A DNA stretch of 64,000 bases from Nageia nagi. Lineage: Eukaryota; Plantae; Pinophyta. Under the pieces are notes generated by a model that worked only from the letters and a program-made list of their open reading frames with translations, did not search any database and had not been told where the DNA came from. Shown one piece after another: positions 62,646 to 64,000 of this stretch. The position numbers were made by a program, and so were the translations under genes. Positions within the stretch are counted from its first letter, which is position 1. Each line of letters begins with the position of its first letter. The stretch spans positions 5,394,001 through 5,458,000 of the forward strand of contig JBITNC010000002.1 of assembly GCA_050084985.1 (NCBI GenBank). The letters run 5' to 3'.

Positions 62646-62657
62646 TGAAAGAAGAAG

Positions 62658-62922
62658 ATGATGTTCGAGTGTGGAGCTCACCTTACTCTCCGACCAAAAC
62701 AGGACATCCTCATTCCAGGCCAAGTACAACCACTACACCCCAAGGGGAAATTGAGGTGGTGGAATGGTGTTGAGGCCTCACAGTCGAAGGACAAGAAAAA
62801 CGGTAAAGAGATAAGGGTGTGTCAAAACAAAGCCTGCACTAAAAGTGGCTCAAGGGAGACTCTCCGATATCTTAGAGGCCTTGCTCCCCCAGATGTTCAA
62901 GTCAAGTCCTGTGGATGCCTTG
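62658..62922 (+). CDS. Exon 1 of a thioredoxin-like [2Fe-2S] ferredoxin-domain protein (plant family usually followed by TPR repeats; probably plastid-targeted)
   Basis: EIRVCQNKACTKSGS..LAPPDVQVKSCGCLG has the Cx4C...CLG pattern of Trx-like ferredoxins. Donor CTTG|GTACTT follows. The expected continuation (xCGxGPN) is not seen in the window. Confidence 0.8.
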
Positions 62923-64000
62923 GTACTTCTTCGACTGCTCATAACTTTCCTTGTTCTTGTAAAACAGCTTGACCCAGATCATGAATTATCTACTAACTTT
63001 TATGAAGTTCAGAGAAAGAGTGTCTAGAAGGGTGTTGATCAGTTACGTGGTTGAGCCCTTTACAATGAACTCAATCCAAGATAGGAGCATTTTGGGTGAA
63101 ATTAGATGATGATATAAGATGAGTTTGAGGTTTGTTTTGCGACCTTGATCCATATGAATTAGGGTGTGATTATTGTTTTGTGGGTGTTAATTATAGATAT
63201 ATTTTGCACGAACTACAATTCGTTTTCGTTTTGAAGATGTCTTTGGATGGGTTAATCAACCAGTATCACTGTGTAGATTGAGTTTTTTGCTGATAAGTTA
63301 CTATTGCACTATCCATTTTCAGTTATTCTCAATAAGTAAACCAATTCAATAATAATAATATGTAGGATTAAGGTTCTCGGTGCATCAAACACATGATGGG
63401 ACCAGCCAAATTTCCTGCTTGTTTATACACAATCCCTCTTTAGGTTCGAACCTATGCTTCTTGAAGGCTCATTCACAATTAATGATGCACATGAAAGACT
63501 AATGTCAAACTTTGGGAAGTAGAGCAGGTTACAACCATTAATAGACCAGGTTCCAATGGAAGAGTAATCCAATTTTGGGTCGGGGCCATATATGATATTC
63601 CAGAATAAGAGCAAGTTGTCAGGCTTTTGTTTTTTGTTTTCTAGGCTTAGAATTTGTTCTGCTGCACGTGTTTTTGATACACTACTTTGGGCTGTTGAGG
63701 TTCAACGCTTACATGCGAGTCCTTGCATATTAAAGACCCAAGTTGAAAACTATGCTATAGACAAATACTTCGATAGGAGATGTGCACCAATGTCAGGTTA
63801 TTCTAGTAACCTAGGGTTTGCACCTAATTGCAAAAAGAATTTCTACTATTCTATCTATGATAACAGTAAAAGCCCTTTAGTCTTATCTCTGTTAGAACTT
63901 AGAAGTATGCTATTATAATAAGAATTGCCTAACACTGCTATAAAATATTGTAATGACTTGACAACTTGAAACACAAATATCTTGAAATGGGCAGTATGAA

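Noticed and set aside
62658-62972. Calling the gene DGAT3, or reading the ORF through to 62972
   Set aside because: DGAT3 has the ferredoxin-like domain at its C-terminus after a long N-terminal region, whereas here it starts at about residue 50. Sequence after 62922 follows a donor site and lacks the fourth Cys motif.

Overview
AT-rich land-plant nuclear DNA. The multi-kb TE-filled introns and the TE families look gymnosperm-like, which is an inference. Two host genes point away from each other. On the minus strand are exons 1-4 of an NTMC2T5-like SMP/C2-domain gene (ATG 22939; 19-nt micro-exon; later exons lie left of the window). On the plus strand is exon 1 of a thioredoxin-like [2Fe-2S] ferredoxin-domain gene (ATG 62658). 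The ~39.7 kb between them, and the introns, hold nested transposons. Two very young full-length Ty1/copia elements of one family lie tail-to-tail (31811-40663 +, 43616-52408 -), each with LTRs, PBS, PPT and a 5-bp TSD. Also present are degraded L1, RTE/RTEX-like LINE, gypsy and hAT remnants, a SINE, and a CACTA element carrying a histone H2B fragment. The most unusual signals are: (i) a CRISPR-like array of nine ~45-bp palindromes in an LTR-like segment; (ii) variable-copy 43-nt hairpin arrays with compensatory substitutions in the copia 3' UTRs, next to a stem-enclosed second PPT; (iii) a probable large intron in the copia leader; (iv) paired ITSFF PIP-box-like motifs conserved at the C-terminus of two LINE copies. 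All alignments were done by eye.
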